Source: Bacteroidia bacterium | GTDB taxonomy: Bacteria > Bacteroidota > Bacteroidia > Bacteroidales > UBA7960 | Length of the DNA stretch: 64,000 nucleotides | Assembly (NCBI GenBank): GCA_007695305.1 | Contig: REEA01000164.1 | Span: 5,180-69,179, forward strand | Reading direction: 5' to 3' | Shown here: in pieces, positions 17,819 through 28,921 of the stretch | Position numbering within the stretch: position 1 is the first letter of the stretch | Layout of the letters: the number at the start of each line of letters is the position of its first letter | The notes under the pieces: model-generated | The model's database searches: none | Told to the model about the DNA's origin: nothing | What the model saw: the letters and a program-made list of their open reading frames with translations, nothing else | Made by a program: the position numbers and the translations under genes

Positions 17819-20800
17819 GTGGAGGGCAAAGGTATCAAAAAAAGAAGAAAAATTTGGATATCAGTATTGGTGATCATCATCATGATGCCATTTATTGCCT
17901 ATGCTTTTTTGCAAAGCAGCCGCGTGCAAACCTACCTGGTGGGGCATCTTACAGATTATTTTTCAAGAGAACTTCAAACTGAAATCTCCGTTGGCAGTGT
18001 TGATATTCGACTCTTTCGCAGCGTCATACTCAAAGACGTTATAATCAACGACCGGCAGGGTGATCTAATACTTGAAATGCGAAAAATGCGTTTTGAACTT
18101 GGCAAACTGTCCTTTCAAAACCGTTCTTTGGTCATAAAAGAGTTGGAATTCAGGGATGCATTTCTCAATTTATTCAAAGACAAACAAGAAGAAAATTATA
18201 ACTTTCAATTTCTGGTTGATTATTTCTCCAGTCCCACTGTCGCAAATGGCCATAACAGGTGGGAATTTACATGTGAGGCATTTAAACTTACCAACGCTTC
18301 TTTCTGGCATCTCGACCTGAACCGGAAATCCGGGGTTAATGGTTTTGACCCTGCCAATTTTTATGTCAGCGGGTTCTACCTCGCCATGAACCAGATCGAA
18401 ATAGTGGACAATACCCTCTCATTAGCATTGGATTATCTCTACTACAACGAGTCATCCGGTTTTATCATAGATTACCTTTCAGGTAATTTTTTACTAAAAC
18501 ATGGACAGCTGGATATTGATAACTTCATTTTTCGTACAGATGGATCAGATCTAAATTTTAGTCTTTCAGCCAAATATGGCTCATTTACTTCCCTGGAAGA
18601 ATTGGTCGCAGATCTTCGGTTTCAGATGGATATTGGAAAATCGGTGCTGCATCTGGCTGACCTGGGGCATTTTATCCCCGGACTTTATGGGGTGAATGAT
18701 ACCATGAAAATTGAAGGGGCGTTTGAAGTGCTTGGCGATACCCTGACAGGAGATAATGTGCTTGTTGAATATGGTTTAAAGTCCCGGTTTGATGGTGACT
18801 TTCAGTTGAAAAACTTCCTGGGTGGCTCCGATATGAGACTGGAATTTACAGCACGAACATTACAAAGCAACTTCAACGAAATTGCAGCCTTAAACCTTCC
18901 TGTTAGCCTGGAAAAGTCCAAACCTGAATTTCCGCCATTTCTTTATAACCTTGGTGACTTTGAATTTTCCGGCAGAATTTATGGGGGCCTTCACAGCTTT
19001 CAATCGGAAGGCAGCCTGGCCAGCTCAATTGGTACAACATATGCCAATTTGCTTATGCAGCGGGATAATGAGTCAATGCCCTATCAATACCAGGCAAAAG
19101 TCAATACCAGGAACCTTGATATAGGCCGTTTGTTTGGTATTGGCGCATCCGCCGGAAAAGCTACATTAGAACTGAATATAAAGGGAGAAGGATTTCATCC
19201 TGATAATTTGGATTTGTTGGTTGATGGGCATATTGCCTCTGTTGAACTTGCCTCTTATACCTATAATGATATAAGCTTTCAAACAGAATTCTTAAACCAA
19301 AACCTGAACGGACAATTGGGTGTTAAAGACCAAAATCTGTTGCTCGATATTACTGCAAATGCTCAATTTGATAAGGAAATTCCATTTTTTGATGTTTTGG
19401 TAAACATTGAACATGCCAATATGACGAAACTGGCATTGTTTCAAAAGGATTCTTTGGTTGAATCGCTGTTAAAGACCCATATTCACTTCAATGGAAAGGT
19501 ATCTTCATTGGACAGTTTTGAAGGTGATTTGGTTTTCAGAGAGATAAGATATGAAGAGATTCCTTTGGAACAGGATCATCATTCTTCCCGATATTTGGTT
19601 TTCACCGACAGTATCTTCATCAATAGTAAAAAATGGTCACCAGATAATCAACATATCAGACTGCGTTCCGGTTTTGCAGATGCAGACGTTCATGGAAAGT
19701 TGCATCTAACTGCATTGCCGCGAAACCTTAAGGAAAGCGTTCAAAATATCCTGCCCTTCGGTGAACCGGATTTATCAGGGTATACTGGTACTGAGTATTA
19801 TCAGGATCAGGATATACAATTCTCCTTTCATTTTAAAGACACCCGCATATTATCTGAATTGTTTTTACCTGCATTGAGCTTATCCGGCAACAGTTGGCTG
19901 AATGGTCACTACAGATCAGCCGACCACCACCTTATCTTTATTGCCCACGCTGATACATTGGCCTTAGAAAACAGGAGGTTCCTGGATTTGAACATTGGAG
20001 GTACCCACGGAGAAAACAACTATTCCATTACTTTTGATAGTAAGCGGTTAATGGTTTCTGACAGCCTGCACTTTGATCTGGTTAGTTTACAAAGTGGATG
20101 GAAAGAACAATCATTGGATGTAAAACTTGAATGGCAGGGTACGAATGGTGATGAATCCGGCATTGGTGTTATCAGCGGCCATGCCAATGTTTATGACAAG
20201 AATCATATTGAATTCAGTTTTTTACCTTCTTATGCATTAATCCATGGAGATTTGTGGCGTATCAACATTGATAATAAAATCATAGTTGATTCCAGCAGGA
20301 TTGAAGTGTCGGGTTTGATGGTCTATCATGGAGATCAGTTTATCAGAGCTGATGGTGTTCTGAGTGATCATCCGCGGGATAGGATGATGGTGTCTTTTTC
20401 CAATTTTGAAGTAGCATATTCAGATTTATTTTTGGGCGAAAGCAATTTTAAATTTGGTGGTATTCTGGATGGTTATGTAACATTCACCGCATTATATCAG
20501 TCACCTAGTATTGGGGCTGGCCTAACCATTCAAAACTTTGCATTTAATCACCAGGAATTGGGTGACTTACAGTTGAGCAGTATCTGGCAATTTGACAAAC
20601 AGGCCTTTCTTGTGGATGGCAAAATTACCAGCAAGGCAGACGATCAGGAACACAATCTCCTTACGTTAAGTGGTAGCGTTTATACAGGTCAAAACATCGG
20701 CCGTTATGATCTTGGGATTTCTCTGCACAACATGAAAATGGAAGTATGGCGGCCATATGTCCAAAGTTTTTCCGAAAACTTTAAAGGTTTGGCAACCGGA

Positions 20801-22336
20801 GAACTGCACCTTGGCGGGCCATTGAACAGTCCGGAGCTTACAGGACAAGTCAGACTTATGGAAACGTCAATGCACATTCCATATTTGAATGTGACCTATT
20901 TTTTGGAAGATGATGTTAGGTTTACAAAAAATGCTTTTGTGTTTGAAGACGTAGCAATCAGAGATACATTAGGTAACATTGCCAAAGCTTCAGGAGCCAT
21001 ATTGCATAATTCACTCAGGGGTTTTGGTCTTGATCTGCATATCAGACCCAGCAATACAATTGTTTTCAACACTACGGCAGTTGATAACTCGATCTATCAT
21101 GGTACAGGCTTTGTGACCGGACTTGCTCATCTCCATGGCCCTGTAAATGATATCACTATGGACATAACCGCAAGGACCAACAGGGGTACAAGGGTTATTC
21201 TTCCGTTAAACAGCGCAGGTGAAGTACGTGAGAATCATTTTATCACATTCGTTGCCCGTAATCCTGAAAACAATTTACCACTAATGCCACCTCCTGACCT
21301 TTCCGGGAATATTACGTTGAATTTTGATCTGGAGGTTACACCGGAAGCAGAAGTTTTATTGATGTTCAGCCCACCTTTTGGGGATATTATCAGGGGACGA
21401 GGAAACGGGAATCTAAAGCTGGAGATTCCACCCGACGGCGCTTTTAATATATACGGAGACTATGTTATTACAGAGGGTGAATATCTTTTCAACCTGCAAA
21501 ACATCATTAATAAACGTTTCCGTATCGAACAGGGAAGCACCATAAGATGGACCGGTGATTTGAATGACGCTGATGTAGAAATGCAGGCTGCCTATCGGTT
21601 ACGAACATCCCTGTATGATTTATTTGTTGGAGAAGGGATCGATTCAGAAACTGTGGAGATGTTTCGCCGGCGTGTACCCGTCGAAACGCTTCTGATCCTT
21701 CAGGACAGACTGTTTAACCCAACCATTAGCTTTGATATCCAGGTCCCTGGTGGTGATGAAAACACCCGGGAAATGATAGAAAGGGTCATCACCACAGAAC
21801 AGGAAATGAACCGGCAGGTTTTTTCATTGCTGGTTTTAAACCGGTTTTTGCCATCAAGAGAAGATCAGTATAATACCGCTCTTGGCTTTGGCGTGGGTTC
21901 GACATCTTCAGAATTGTTGTCGAACCAGTTAAGCAACTGGCTGTCACAAATCAGTACCGATTTTGACATAGGTATTAATTATCGTCCAGGTGATGAAATT
22001 ACCAGCCAGGAAGTAGAATTGGCGCTTTCAACACAATTATTTGACAACAGGGTAACCATTGACGGAAATTTTGGTGTGGCCGGTAACCAGACAGCTTCAG
22101 GTCAGCCAACTCAGGCAACCAACCAAATCATCGGAGATGTAAACGTGGAGGTGATGATTACGCCGGAAGGAAAATTGCGTGTAAAAGCATTTAACCGTTC
22201 CAACACATTTGATATCATTCACACCAATGCACCATATACCCAGGGAATCGGCGTATTTTACCGGAAAGAGTTTGACCGTCTGGAAGAACTATTTCGGAGA
22301 AACCGGATTCCGGAAATCCCGGTTGATTCTGACTGA
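17819..22336 (+). CDS. translocation/assembly module protein TamB-like (DUF490-type giant envelope protein)
   Basis: 1505 aa with a GTG start and a single N-terminal TM anchor (IWISVLVIIIMMPFIAYAF). A long beta-rich body precedes a C-terminal DUF490-like region. Placement divergent from tsaD is typical for Bacteroidota tamB. Confidence 0.78.
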   Translation: MEGKGIKKRRKIWISVLVIIIMMPFIAYAFLQSSRVQTYLVGHLTDYFSRELQTEISVGSVDIRLFRSVILKDVIINDRQGDLILEMRKMRFELGKLSFQNRSLVIKELEFRDAFLNLFKDKQEENYNFQFLVDYFSSPTVANGHNRWEFTCEAFKLTNASFWHLDLNRKSGVNGFDPANFYVSGFYLAMNQIEIVDNTLSLALDYLYYNESSGFIIDYLSGNFLLKHGQLDIDNFIFRTDGSDLNFSLSAKYGSFTSLEELVADLRFQMDIGKSVLHLADLGHFIPGLYGVNDTMKIEGAFEVLGDTLTGDNVLVEYGLKSRFDGDFQLKNFLGGSDMRLEFTARTLQSNFNEIAALNLPVSLEKSKPEFPPFLYNLGDFEFSGRIYGGLHSFQSEGSLASSIGTTYANLLMQRDNESMPYQYQAKVNTRNLDIGRLFGIGASAGKATLELNIKGEGFHPDNLDLLVDGHIASVELASYTYNDISFQTEFLNQNLNGQLGVKDQNLLLDITANAQFDKEIPFFDVLVNIEHANMTKLALFQKDSLVESLLKTHIHFNGKVSSLDSFEGDLVFREIRYEEIPLEQDHHSSRYLVFTDSIFINSKKWSPDNQHIRLRSGFADADVHGKLHLTALPRNLKESVQNILPFGEPDLSGYTGTEYYQDQDIQFSFHFKDTRILSELFLPALSLSGNSWLNGHYRSADHHLIFIAHADTLALENRRFLDLNIGGTHGENNYSITFDSKRLMVSDSLHFDLVSLQSGWKEQSLDVKLEWQGTNGDESGIGVISGHANVYDKNHIEFSFLPSYALIHGDLWRINIDNKIIVDSSRIEVSGLMVYHGDQFIRADGVLSDHPRDRMMVSFSNFEVAYSDLFLGESNFKFGGILDGYVTFTALYQSPSIGAGLTIQNFAFNHQELGDLQLSSIWQFDKQAFLVDGKITSKADDQEHNLLTLSGSVYTGQNIGRYDLGISLHNMKMEVWRPYVQSFSENFKGLATGELHLGGPLNSPELTGQVRLMETSMHIPYLNVTYFLEDDVRFTKNAFVFEDVAIRDTLGNIAKASGAILHNSLRGFGLDLHIRPSNTIVFNTTAVDNSIYHGTGFVTGLAHLHGPVNDITMDITARTNRGTRVILPLNSAGEVRENHFITFVARNPENNLPLMPPPDLSGNITLNFDLEVTPEAEVLLMFSPPFGDIIRGRGNGNLKLEIPPDGAFNIYGDYVITEGEYLFNLQNIINKRFRIEQGSTIRWTGDLNDADVEMQAAYRLRTSLYDLFVGEGIDSETVEMFRRRVPVETLLILQDRLFNPTISFDIQVPGGDENTREMIERVITTEQEMNRQVFSLLVLNRFLPSREDQYNTALGFGVGSTSSELLSNQLSNWLSQISTDFDIGINYRPGDEITSQEVELALSTQLFDNRVTIDGNFGVAGNQTASGQPTQATNQIIGDVNVEVMITPEGKLRVKAFNRSNTFDIIHTNAPYTQGIGVFYRKEFDRLEELFRRNRIPEIPVDSD

Positions 22337-22373
22337 TACGTTGAATTTAAATAAAGTCTGGCAATAAAGTCAA

Positions 22374-23576
22374 CTAAAACAGGTGACCCATTTTTTTCTT
22401 CTTGGTATCGATATAGATCTTGCAATGGTCTGATACAGAAACAATAATTGGCACGTTTTGAGAAATTTGAATGCCATATCCCATAAGACCTGTCTTTTTC
22501 CCTGGATTGTTGGTAATCAGCTTAATGTTTGTGGCACCAAGGTCACGCAAAATTTGCGCACCAATTCCGTAATCTCTTTCATCTGCCTTAAAGCCCAGTT
22601 CTATATTGGCTTCTACGGTATCCAGGCCACTTTCCTGCAGATGATAAGCTTTGAGTTTATTTAATAAGCCGATGCCTCTGCCTTCCTGGTTCATATATAA
22701 AACAACACCTTTGCCGGCTTTCTCCACCATTTGCATGGCCATATGCAGTTGTCCACCGCAATCGCATTTGCATGACCCAAATATGTCACCGGTTATGCAT
22801 GATGAATGCACCCGTACCATGATTTCTTCCCCGGGTTTCCAGCTTCCTTTTGTAAGGGCAAGGTGCAGCTTATCATTGGTGGTTTGCTTGTATGCAATGA
22901 GTTTGAAGTTTCCCCATTCTGTGGGCAGATCCACAGTGATCTCTTTTGTGATCAGGCTTTCATTCTTTACACGGTAGGCGATCAGGTCTTCAATGGAAAT
23001 GATTTTCAGATTAAACCGTTCTGCGATTTTGAACAATTCAGGCAACCTTGCCATTGAGCCGTCATCGTTCATGATCTCCACGAGAACTCCCGAAGGCTCA
23101 AGCCCGGCGAGCCTGGCCAGGTCTATGGAGGCTTCGGTGTGCCCGGCTCTTTGCAAAACACCACCCTCGCGTGCCCTCAGCGGAAAGATGTGACCCGGTC
23201 GTCCAAGGTCCGTGGGTTTTGTATTTGGATCGGCAAGTGCCTTAACGGTTTTCGCCCTGTCAGCCGCTGAAATACCGGTTGTGCATCCTTTGCCTTTCAA
23301 ATCTACCGATACCGTAAAAGGCGTTTCATGCAGAGCCGTATTATTGGGTACCATCAGGTCAAGATCAAGTTGCTCGCAACGCTGCCTGGTGATGGGAGCA
23401 CAAATCAACCCACGGCCGTGTGTAGCCATAAAATTGATGATTTCCGGTGTTATAGTTTCACCGGCTGCAATAAAGTCACCCTCATTTTCGCGATCTTCAT
23501 CATCTGCAACAATCACGACCTTCCCTTTGCGGATGTCTTCAATCGCTTCCTCGATTGTATTGAATGTATTTTGCAT
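22374..23576 (-). CDS. ribBA: bifunctional 3,4-dihydroxy-2-butanone-4-phosphate synthase / GTP cyclohydrolase II
   Basis: The RibB half has [12 protein letters not shown] and HTEAS. The RibA half has the zinc motif [15 protein letters not shown] and [11 protein letters not shown]. Confidence 0.93.
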   Translation of the reverse strand: MQNTFNTIEEAIEDIRKGKVVIVADDEDRENEGDFIAAGETITPEIINFMATHGRGLICAPITRQRCEQLDLDLMVPNNTALHETPFTVSVDLKGKGCTTGISAADRAKTVKALADPNTKPTDLGRPGHIFPLRAREGGVLQRAGHTEASIDLARLAGLEPSGVLVEIMNDDGSMARLPELFKIAERFNLKIISIEDLIAYRVKNESLITKEITVDLPTEWGNFKLIAYKQTTNDKLHLALTKGSWKPGEEIMVRVHSSCITGDIFGSCKCDCGGQLHMAMQMVEKAGKGVVLYMNQEGRGIGLLNKLKAYHLQESGLDTVEANIELGFKADERDYGIGAQILRDLGATNIKLITNNPGKKTGLMGYGIQISQNVPIIVSVSDHCKIYIDTKKKKMGHLF

Positions 23577-23596
23577 TATATCAGTGGTCAGATAAA

Positions 23597-24763
23597 TTAT
23601 GCTGTCAGGATTTTTGCCAGTTTTAAGGAAGTAGATTCCCAGTTAAAATTTTGTAATACAAAATGATAGCCATTTTGGGCCAACTCATAACGCACCTGTT
23701 CATTTTGCAACAAAGATAATATATGTTGCGCACACTCGTTTGCATTATTTCCTACCAGCAAATCTTCACCAGGCTTCCCGTTGAGCGCCTTATTTGCCAG
23801 TGGAGAAGAAACACATGGAATTTGCATGGCCATGGCCTCCAGAATTTTGTTTTGCAGCCCGGTTCCGATGCGCATGGGCGCTATGAACACACGCGATGAT
23901 GCATAATAACTCCTGATGTCATCTACCCAGCCTGTAACCACAACACGATCAGAGGAAAGCGATCTCACCCGCTGAGAAGGAGAAGCACCGGCAATGGCCA
24001 CCCTCGCTCCGGGTAAAACAGACCAAACGATCGGCATAATATCTTTTACAAGATATTCGGCACCGTTGATATTCGGTGGATAAGACATGTTACCGGTAAA
24101 AACTATATCATATACTTTTTCCTTCTCAATGGGGTGAAAATAATCAACATCCACACCGTTTGGTATAACGCTGATCAGGTTGTTGTCCGGATGAGGAATC
24201 TTCTCCCGGTCAGGTTCGGAAATAATCGTTTTTTTGTCAAACCATCCAAAAGATTCTTTTTCGTAACGCCGCACTCTTGTATACTCAGCATGCAAAAGAA
24301 TTTTTTCATGCCAGGCTGCAATCTCCAGACGCCGTTTTAAGCCAAACGAAAAGGCGTCCTGATAATCGATGGTTTTATCAATATTTATTTCTTTCACATA
24401 CTCTGCAGTACGAATAAGCTGGCAGTATATATGGTGAGGTTGGTGTAAGCTGATTAATTTGTGGATCTTTTTTTTGATGCGCCTGTCAAAAAAATAGGCT
24501 ACCTGAAAGGGTTTGCCAGAGAATATGTTTCGGAACAACCGCCAGTATATACCAATTTTAGATAACTCAAAGAAATTAACAGATGCTGAGAATGCTTCAA
24601 GTACCTTATAAGCTTGTGGATCGGGAGATATATCACTAAGTGCACATATTATCAGATCGTGTCGTTTCGACAGTTCGCGAATTTGATGAAATGCCCTTAA
24701 TTTATCGCCTTTCTCCAAAGGGTAGGGAACCCTGGAAAGTAAAACAAAAATCTTCTTTCTCAA
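23597..24763 (-). CDS. glycosyltransferase, GT-B fold (family 4-like)
   Basis: 388 aa with a C-terminal GT1/GT4 pattern (...[28 protein letters not shown]...). Confidence 0.8.
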   Translation of the reverse strand: MRKKIFVLLSRVPYPLEKGDKLRAFHQIRELSKRHDLIICALSDISPDPQAYKVLEAFSASVNFFELSKIGIYWRLFRNIFSGKPFQVAYFFDRRIKKKIHKLISLHQPHHIYCQLIRTAEYVKEINIDKTIDYQDAFSFGLKRRLEIAAWHEKILLHAEYTRVRRYEKESFGWFDKKTIISEPDREKIPHPDNNLISVIPNGVDVDYFHPIEKEKVYDIVFTGNMSYPPNINGAEYLVKDIMPIVWSVLPGARVAIAGASPSQRVRSLSSDRVVVTGWVDDIRSYYASSRVFIAPMRIGTGLQNKILEAMAMQIPCVSSPLANKALNGKPGEDLLVGNNANECAQHILSLLQNEQVRYELAQNGYHFVLQNFNWESTSLKLAKILTA

Positions 24764-24827
24764 GTCCTTTGAATTTACTATCTGACAAAGGGGGCTTGCA
24801 AATGATTAACCAAGCACCCATGTCCGG

Positions 24828-24835
24828 CAAAGGTA
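24828..24835 (-). promoter_or_regulatory. candidate -7 promoter box (TACCTTTG)
   Basis: Minus-strand TACCTTTG matches TAnnTTTG in the 82-nt gap between the two glycosyltransferase genes. Confidence 0.25.
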
Positions 24836-24845
24836 TGAATTATAA

Positions 24846-26060
24846 TTATTCTGAAGCGTAAAAAGTCTGGTAGAAATCCGTTAGTTTATTAATAATTGCA
24901 GGCATGGAGTGATATGCTATTGCAAACATCCGGGCGTTTTGACCAAGTTGCAACATCAGGTCCGGATTGTCGAAGCAATGCAGGATGGCATTTGCCATTT
25001 CATCGGGTGTATCGGCCAGTAAAATGTTTTCTTTGTGGGTGCAGTCAATGCCTTCGGCACCTATACTTGTTGAGACGATAGGTTTTCCGGTGGCCATCCC
25101 TTCAATTATCTTGACGCGCATACCACCACCCGATTGAAGGGGTACTACCATCAGGTGATGCCTTTGGAGAAAAGCCCGTGCATCGGGCACTTCTCCGGCT
25201 ATCACAACATTATGGCCCTGGTATTGATAAAAATGCTGGGGTATATTGATGCCCGCGAGAACAAATGTCAACGCCGGGTTTTTTGATACAACAATGGGCC
25301 AGACATAATCAAAAAACCATTTCATTCCGTCAAGGTTTGGACGCCAATCCATTCTTCCTAAATGAAAAACAGAATTTTCCAAAACCTCTGTCTCCCCTTC
25401 ATCCTCAATGATTTCATCCATCCCTACAGGTATTGTAACAGCCGGCTGCGAAAAACCGTTTCTCTGAAAAAACCGCAAATCAACAGGTGAGATAGCCACC
25501 AGGCCATCAACCTGGTGCACCGTTTTCATTTCATACTTCCGTAAACGGGCAGCCAAAATTTTCAAATACATTTTTTTCAGGGGATTGGAGGTTGACTTCG
25601 CCAGCCTTTCCCAAATGAAATGCTCAATATTGTGTGACCGAAAGAGAATGGGTGTGCCCGTATGATCCCTGATAACAGGCAAATAGGGTGTAAGATACAA
25701 TCCTTCCATTTGAATGATATCATATTCTTCATTTTGCAGGATCTCACGTAAACGATTCTCAACCTTTTTATTATAAAACCTTGCAATGTTGTAGGATTTT
25801 CCGGTAATCAGATTCAACAAGGCAGGCAGGGGTTTGATTACTGTATGGATGGGATGAGATTCAAACTCTGTGGACTCAATATATGATTCAGGTATTTTTT
25901 CGAGCATGTGTTCCATTCCTGATGGGACCAACGCAAATACTTTCACCCTGTAGCCCTTGTCGAGCAAGCCTTGTGTGATTTGATTCATGGCTATTGAACC
26001 ACCATCGGATGGCGGAAATGGCGGCTTATGGCAAAGTTGGAGGATACGCATTTTTTTCAC
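24846..26060 (-). CDS. glycosyltransferase, GT-B fold (family 4-like)
   Basis: 404 aa with an N-terminal PPSDGGSIAM and a C-terminal ...VVPLQSGGGMRVKIIEGMATGKPIVST... pattern. Its start overlaps the stop of the upstream permease gene (ATGA). Confidence 0.8.
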   Translation of the reverse strand: MKKMRILQLCHKPPFPPSDGGSIAMNQITQGLLDKGYRVKVFALVPSGMEHMLEKIPESYIESTEFESHPIHTVIKPLPALLNLITGKSYNIARFYNKKVENRLREILQNEEYDIIQMEGLYLTPYLPVIRDHTGTPILFRSHNIEHFIWERLAKSTSNPLKKMYLKILAARLRKYEMKTVHQVDGLVAISPVDLRFFQRNGFSQPAVTIPVGMDEIIEDEGETEVLENSVFHLGRMDWRPNLDGMKWFFDYVWPIVVSKNPALTFVLAGINIPQHFYQYQGHNVVIAGEVPDARAFLQRHHLMVVPLQSGGGMRVKIIEGMATGKPIVSTSIGAEGIDCTHKENILLADTPDEMANAILHCFDNPDLMLQLGQNARMFAIAYHSMPAIINKLTDFYQTFYASE

Positions 26061-27514
26061 AATGTGGTTTTATTCTTGTTTTTATTCCTGAAGACGAAAT
26101 AAAATATTCTTTGAAACTGCTGCAAATAGCTTTCGGTGTCAAGCAATGATGAATCAGTTGTGGCTTTGATCGTAAGCAGTATGCCTACCGGTAACAATAC
26201 CAGTGATGAAACCCACATTCCCTGATGGGCCTCCAGCACACCTTCTCTCACAAACTTTTCCCCCATGATGGAAATCACATGAAATACCACGAACAGCAGA
26301 ACAGAGATGACCAGGGGAAGGCCAAACCCGCCTTTGCGAATAATGGCTCCCAGCGGTGCCCCAATGAGAAACAACACGACGCAGGCAAAAGACAGGGTGA
26401 ACTTCCTGTGAAACTCGATCTGATACCTGGCCAACGTACGCTTCCTGTCCCTGAATTCATTGTGGGAATTGATACTGAGTTCACGGCTTGAACGAACCAT
26501 TTCCGTGGCATTTTTGATCACATTTTGTTCCCTAACAGGAACAGACCGGATATAATCCATATCGATGCGGCGGATGACATTGGTGTCCAGCCTGGAGAAC
26601 TCAGCCATATCAATGGTTGCCGGAAAGTTGATCCTGCGCCTGTAGTTGCGCCTGTAAGAATCTTTCCTCCGTCCGAGCTCAGTGGATAAAGAGTCTTCAT
26701 AATAAACCAGCTGACTGATATTCAGCATTCTGAAATTGCTCTTGAAAAGCTCTTCATCGGTACGTTCAAGGTCGAACATGCTAAGGTCAAACCTGCGTAT
26801 TTGCTTTTGAAAATGAGTTCGCTGAAAAGGCCGGTCAGGATTGAGCAGGCCAGGATCACCTGCTTCCTGATAATTTGTCCCGCTATACAATGATAGTATC
26901 AGATACCTTTTGTCGTTGGTAACTGCCATCGTACCCCACTCCGCAAGGGTAAGATTGATGTTTCCCCCTCTCTCGGAATGATCATAGATTTTAATTCCAT
27001 GCAGGGTATTGCCATCTTCCTTCTCATCTACACGAATCACAAAATTATCAATGCCATGATAGTATATACCTTCTGTGATATTGAAAGCCGGCCGCTGCTG
27101 ACGAACGTCGTATAACAAGGATAAACTTTTCAGGTTTGCACCGGGCAGAACATTGTTGGAAAAGAAAAACGCCCCAACAACCAATACAAAAGATATCACA
27201 ACCATTGGCCACATGATACGGCGCAGCGATATCCCCGCCGACTTAAATGCCACCAGCTCGTAATGCTCGCCCATTTTCCCCATGGTCATTATTGACGACA
27301 AAAGCACCGCCAATGGAAGAGCCAGCGGTACAAACGTAGCTGAAAGATAAAAAAACAACTCCGCAATGATATACCATTCAAGCCCTTTTCCTACCAAATC
27401 ATCTATATATTTCCATATAAACTGCATCAATAGGATAAACAAGGCCAAAAAGAAAGTAACTACAAATGGCCCAATATAAGACTTAAGAACAAGCAAATGC
27501 AATTTTTTCATCAA
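26057..27514 (-). CDS. LptF/LptG-family (YjgP/YjgQ) permease
   Basis: The N-terminus LKSYIGPFVVTFFLALFILLMQFIW is typical of LptF/G. There are six predicted TM segments around a large periplasmic insert. Confidence 0.8.
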   Translation of the reverse strand: MMKKLHLLVLKSYIGPFVVTFFLALFILLMQFIWKYIDDLVGKGLEWYIIAELFFYLSATFVPLALPLAVLLSSIMTMGKMGEHYELVAFKSAGISLRRIMWPMVVISFVLVVGAFFFSNNVLPGANLKSLSLLYDVRQQRPAFNITEGIYYHGIDNFVIRVDEKEDGNTLHGIKIYDHSERGGNINLTLAEWGTMAVTNDKRYLILSLYSGTNYQEAGDPGLLNPDRPFQRTHFQKQIRRFDLSMFDLERTDEELFKSNFRMLNISQLVYYEDSLSTELGRRKDSYRRNYRRRINFPATIDMAEFSRLDTNVIRRIDMDYIRSVPVREQNVIKNATEMVRSSRELSINSHNEFRDRKRTLARYQIEFHRKFTLSFACVVLFLIGAPLGAIIRKGGFGLPLVISVLLFVVFHVISIMGEKFVREGVLEAHQGMWVSSLVLLPVGILLTIKATTDSSLLDTESYLQQFQRIFYFVFRNKNKNKTTL

Positions 27515-27542
27515 AGAGACAGCTTTAAGCCTGCATTATGTG

Positions 27543-27550
27543 CAAATATA
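27543..27550 (-). promoter_or_regulatory. candidate -7 promoter box (TATATTTG) for the lptF/G-GT-GT-ribBA gene string
   Basis: Minus-strand TATATTTG matches TAnnTTTG about 28 nt upstream of ATG 27514. Confidence 0.3.
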
Positions 27551-27751
27551 CAAAATCATTGTCGATGCTTGTTTTTATTCATGGCTGGAAATCCACCTGT
27601 GAGAAGTTTTACCAATTATGGCAAACATACCTGAATCATACAAATCATTTTTTCAATAACGTGAATTTAAAAGCCATATTACAATATATTTTCATTCAAT
27701 TCTATTTGTTTTCATAAGATTACAGACCGGATTTCGTTATTTGGAAGAGAA

Positions 27752-28864
27752 ATGTATTTCAGCGAGCAACATATTGGTATGTTTGGACAACCTTTTAGGT
27801 ATGTTATGTGCAGAAAGCCTGCCTATGTGGTCTTTCTGGCTCTGCTGTTTCTGGTTTCATGTACTGCTTATCGATCTGCATACATAAGTGATCGCGGTGT
27901 ATATTATTACAACCGCATTGAAATTGGAGGTATAAATCAGGCTATTATGGTTCGGGGGCACGATAAAAACAATCCCGTGATGTTGTTTCTCCATGGAGGT
28001 CCCGGGTTTCCTTTATTTCCTGTAGATCAGGCAAGTAGTGTGATGCGACAACTTGAAGAGCACTTTACCATGGTTTACTGGGAACAACGGGGGACAGGTG
28101 GCTCTTTCAGCTGGCGATTGCCGCTAAAGTCATTGACAGTAGAAGATTTTGTGGAGGATACCAGGGAAGTGATAGAATATGTCAACCGGTTGCTTGGCAG
28201 CGAAAAGGTTTTTATTTGGGGGCATTCATGGGGAAGCACTGTGGGTGCTTTATTCGCTGCCCAATATCCGGAATATTTGCATGCATACGTATCTACCGGT
28301 CAAAGTGTGAACCCGTTTCTGAATGAAAGACTATCCTATACCTTTGTGATGGACAGAGCCTTTACCGAAGGAAACCGGCGCGCTTTGCGTGATATGGAAC
28401 GAGTAGACACTATCCCTGAAAGGTACACGCTCAGAGACGCGCTTTTGGTGAGAAGATGGGTGTACCGTTTTGGTGGCGTTGTTAAACAACAGGATGAAAG
28501 GGGTAAATACATTGACTTTGCATACATTCTGAACACATTGTCTGCTCCTGAATATGGTGTTCTGGACAAAGTTAACATGGTACTGATGCCATATTTCTCG
28601 GCCGAAGAACTGTGGGAAGACCTTAAAAAACTCAATTTGATGGAAAAGGCCCCCAAAATAGATGTGCCTGTTTTTTTTCTGCTCGGTCGTTATGATTTCG
28701 TTGTGTCCTCCGTACTGGCCGAAGAATACTTTTATCATCTGGAAGTCCCGATGGGCAAATGGATCATCTGGTTTGATGAATCGGCGCACCGGCCTCATCA
28801 CGAGGAAAAAGAAAAATTCCTGGAAGTGATGGAACAAATGGTACTGCCTTTAGCCCGCCCGTAG
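27752..28864 (+). CDS. alpha/beta hydrolase (proline-iminopeptidase-like), probable lipoprotein
   Basis: It has an oxyanion HGGPG motif and the nucleophile elbow GHSWGS. The lipobox-like LLFLVSC suggests the true start may be Met19 (nt 27806). Confidence 0.75.
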   Translation: MYFSEQHIGMFGQPFRYVMCRKPAYVVFLALLFLVSCTAYRSAYISDRGVYYYNRIEIGGINQAIMVRGHDKNNPVMLFLHGGPGFPLFPVDQASSVMRQLEEHFTMVYWEQRGTGGSFSWRLPLKSLTVEDFVEDTREVIEYVNRLLGSEKVFIWGHSWGSTVGALFAAQYPEYLHAYVSTGQSVNPFLNERLSYTFVMDRAFTEGNRRALRDMERVDTIPERYTLRDALLVRRWVYRFGGVVKQQDERGKYIDFAYILNTLSAPEYGVLDKVNMVLMPYFSAEELWEDLKKLNLMEKAPKIDVPVFFLLGRYDFVVSSVLAEEYFYHLEVPMGKWIIWFDESAHRPHHEEKEKFLEVMEQMVLPLARP

Positions 28865-28921
28865 TCAATTCCGGGGAGACCTCAATCAGGATGAAGACCC
28901 GGCAGTGCCCGGTTCTTTTGG

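Noticed and set aside
23577-23596. Possible FMN riboswitch upstream of ribBA
   Set aside because: Only 20 nt separate ribBA from the preceding glycosyltransferase gene, which leaves no room for an aptamer of about 130 nt or more. No purine, lysine or T-box leaders are evident before purL, dapA, thrS or valS either.
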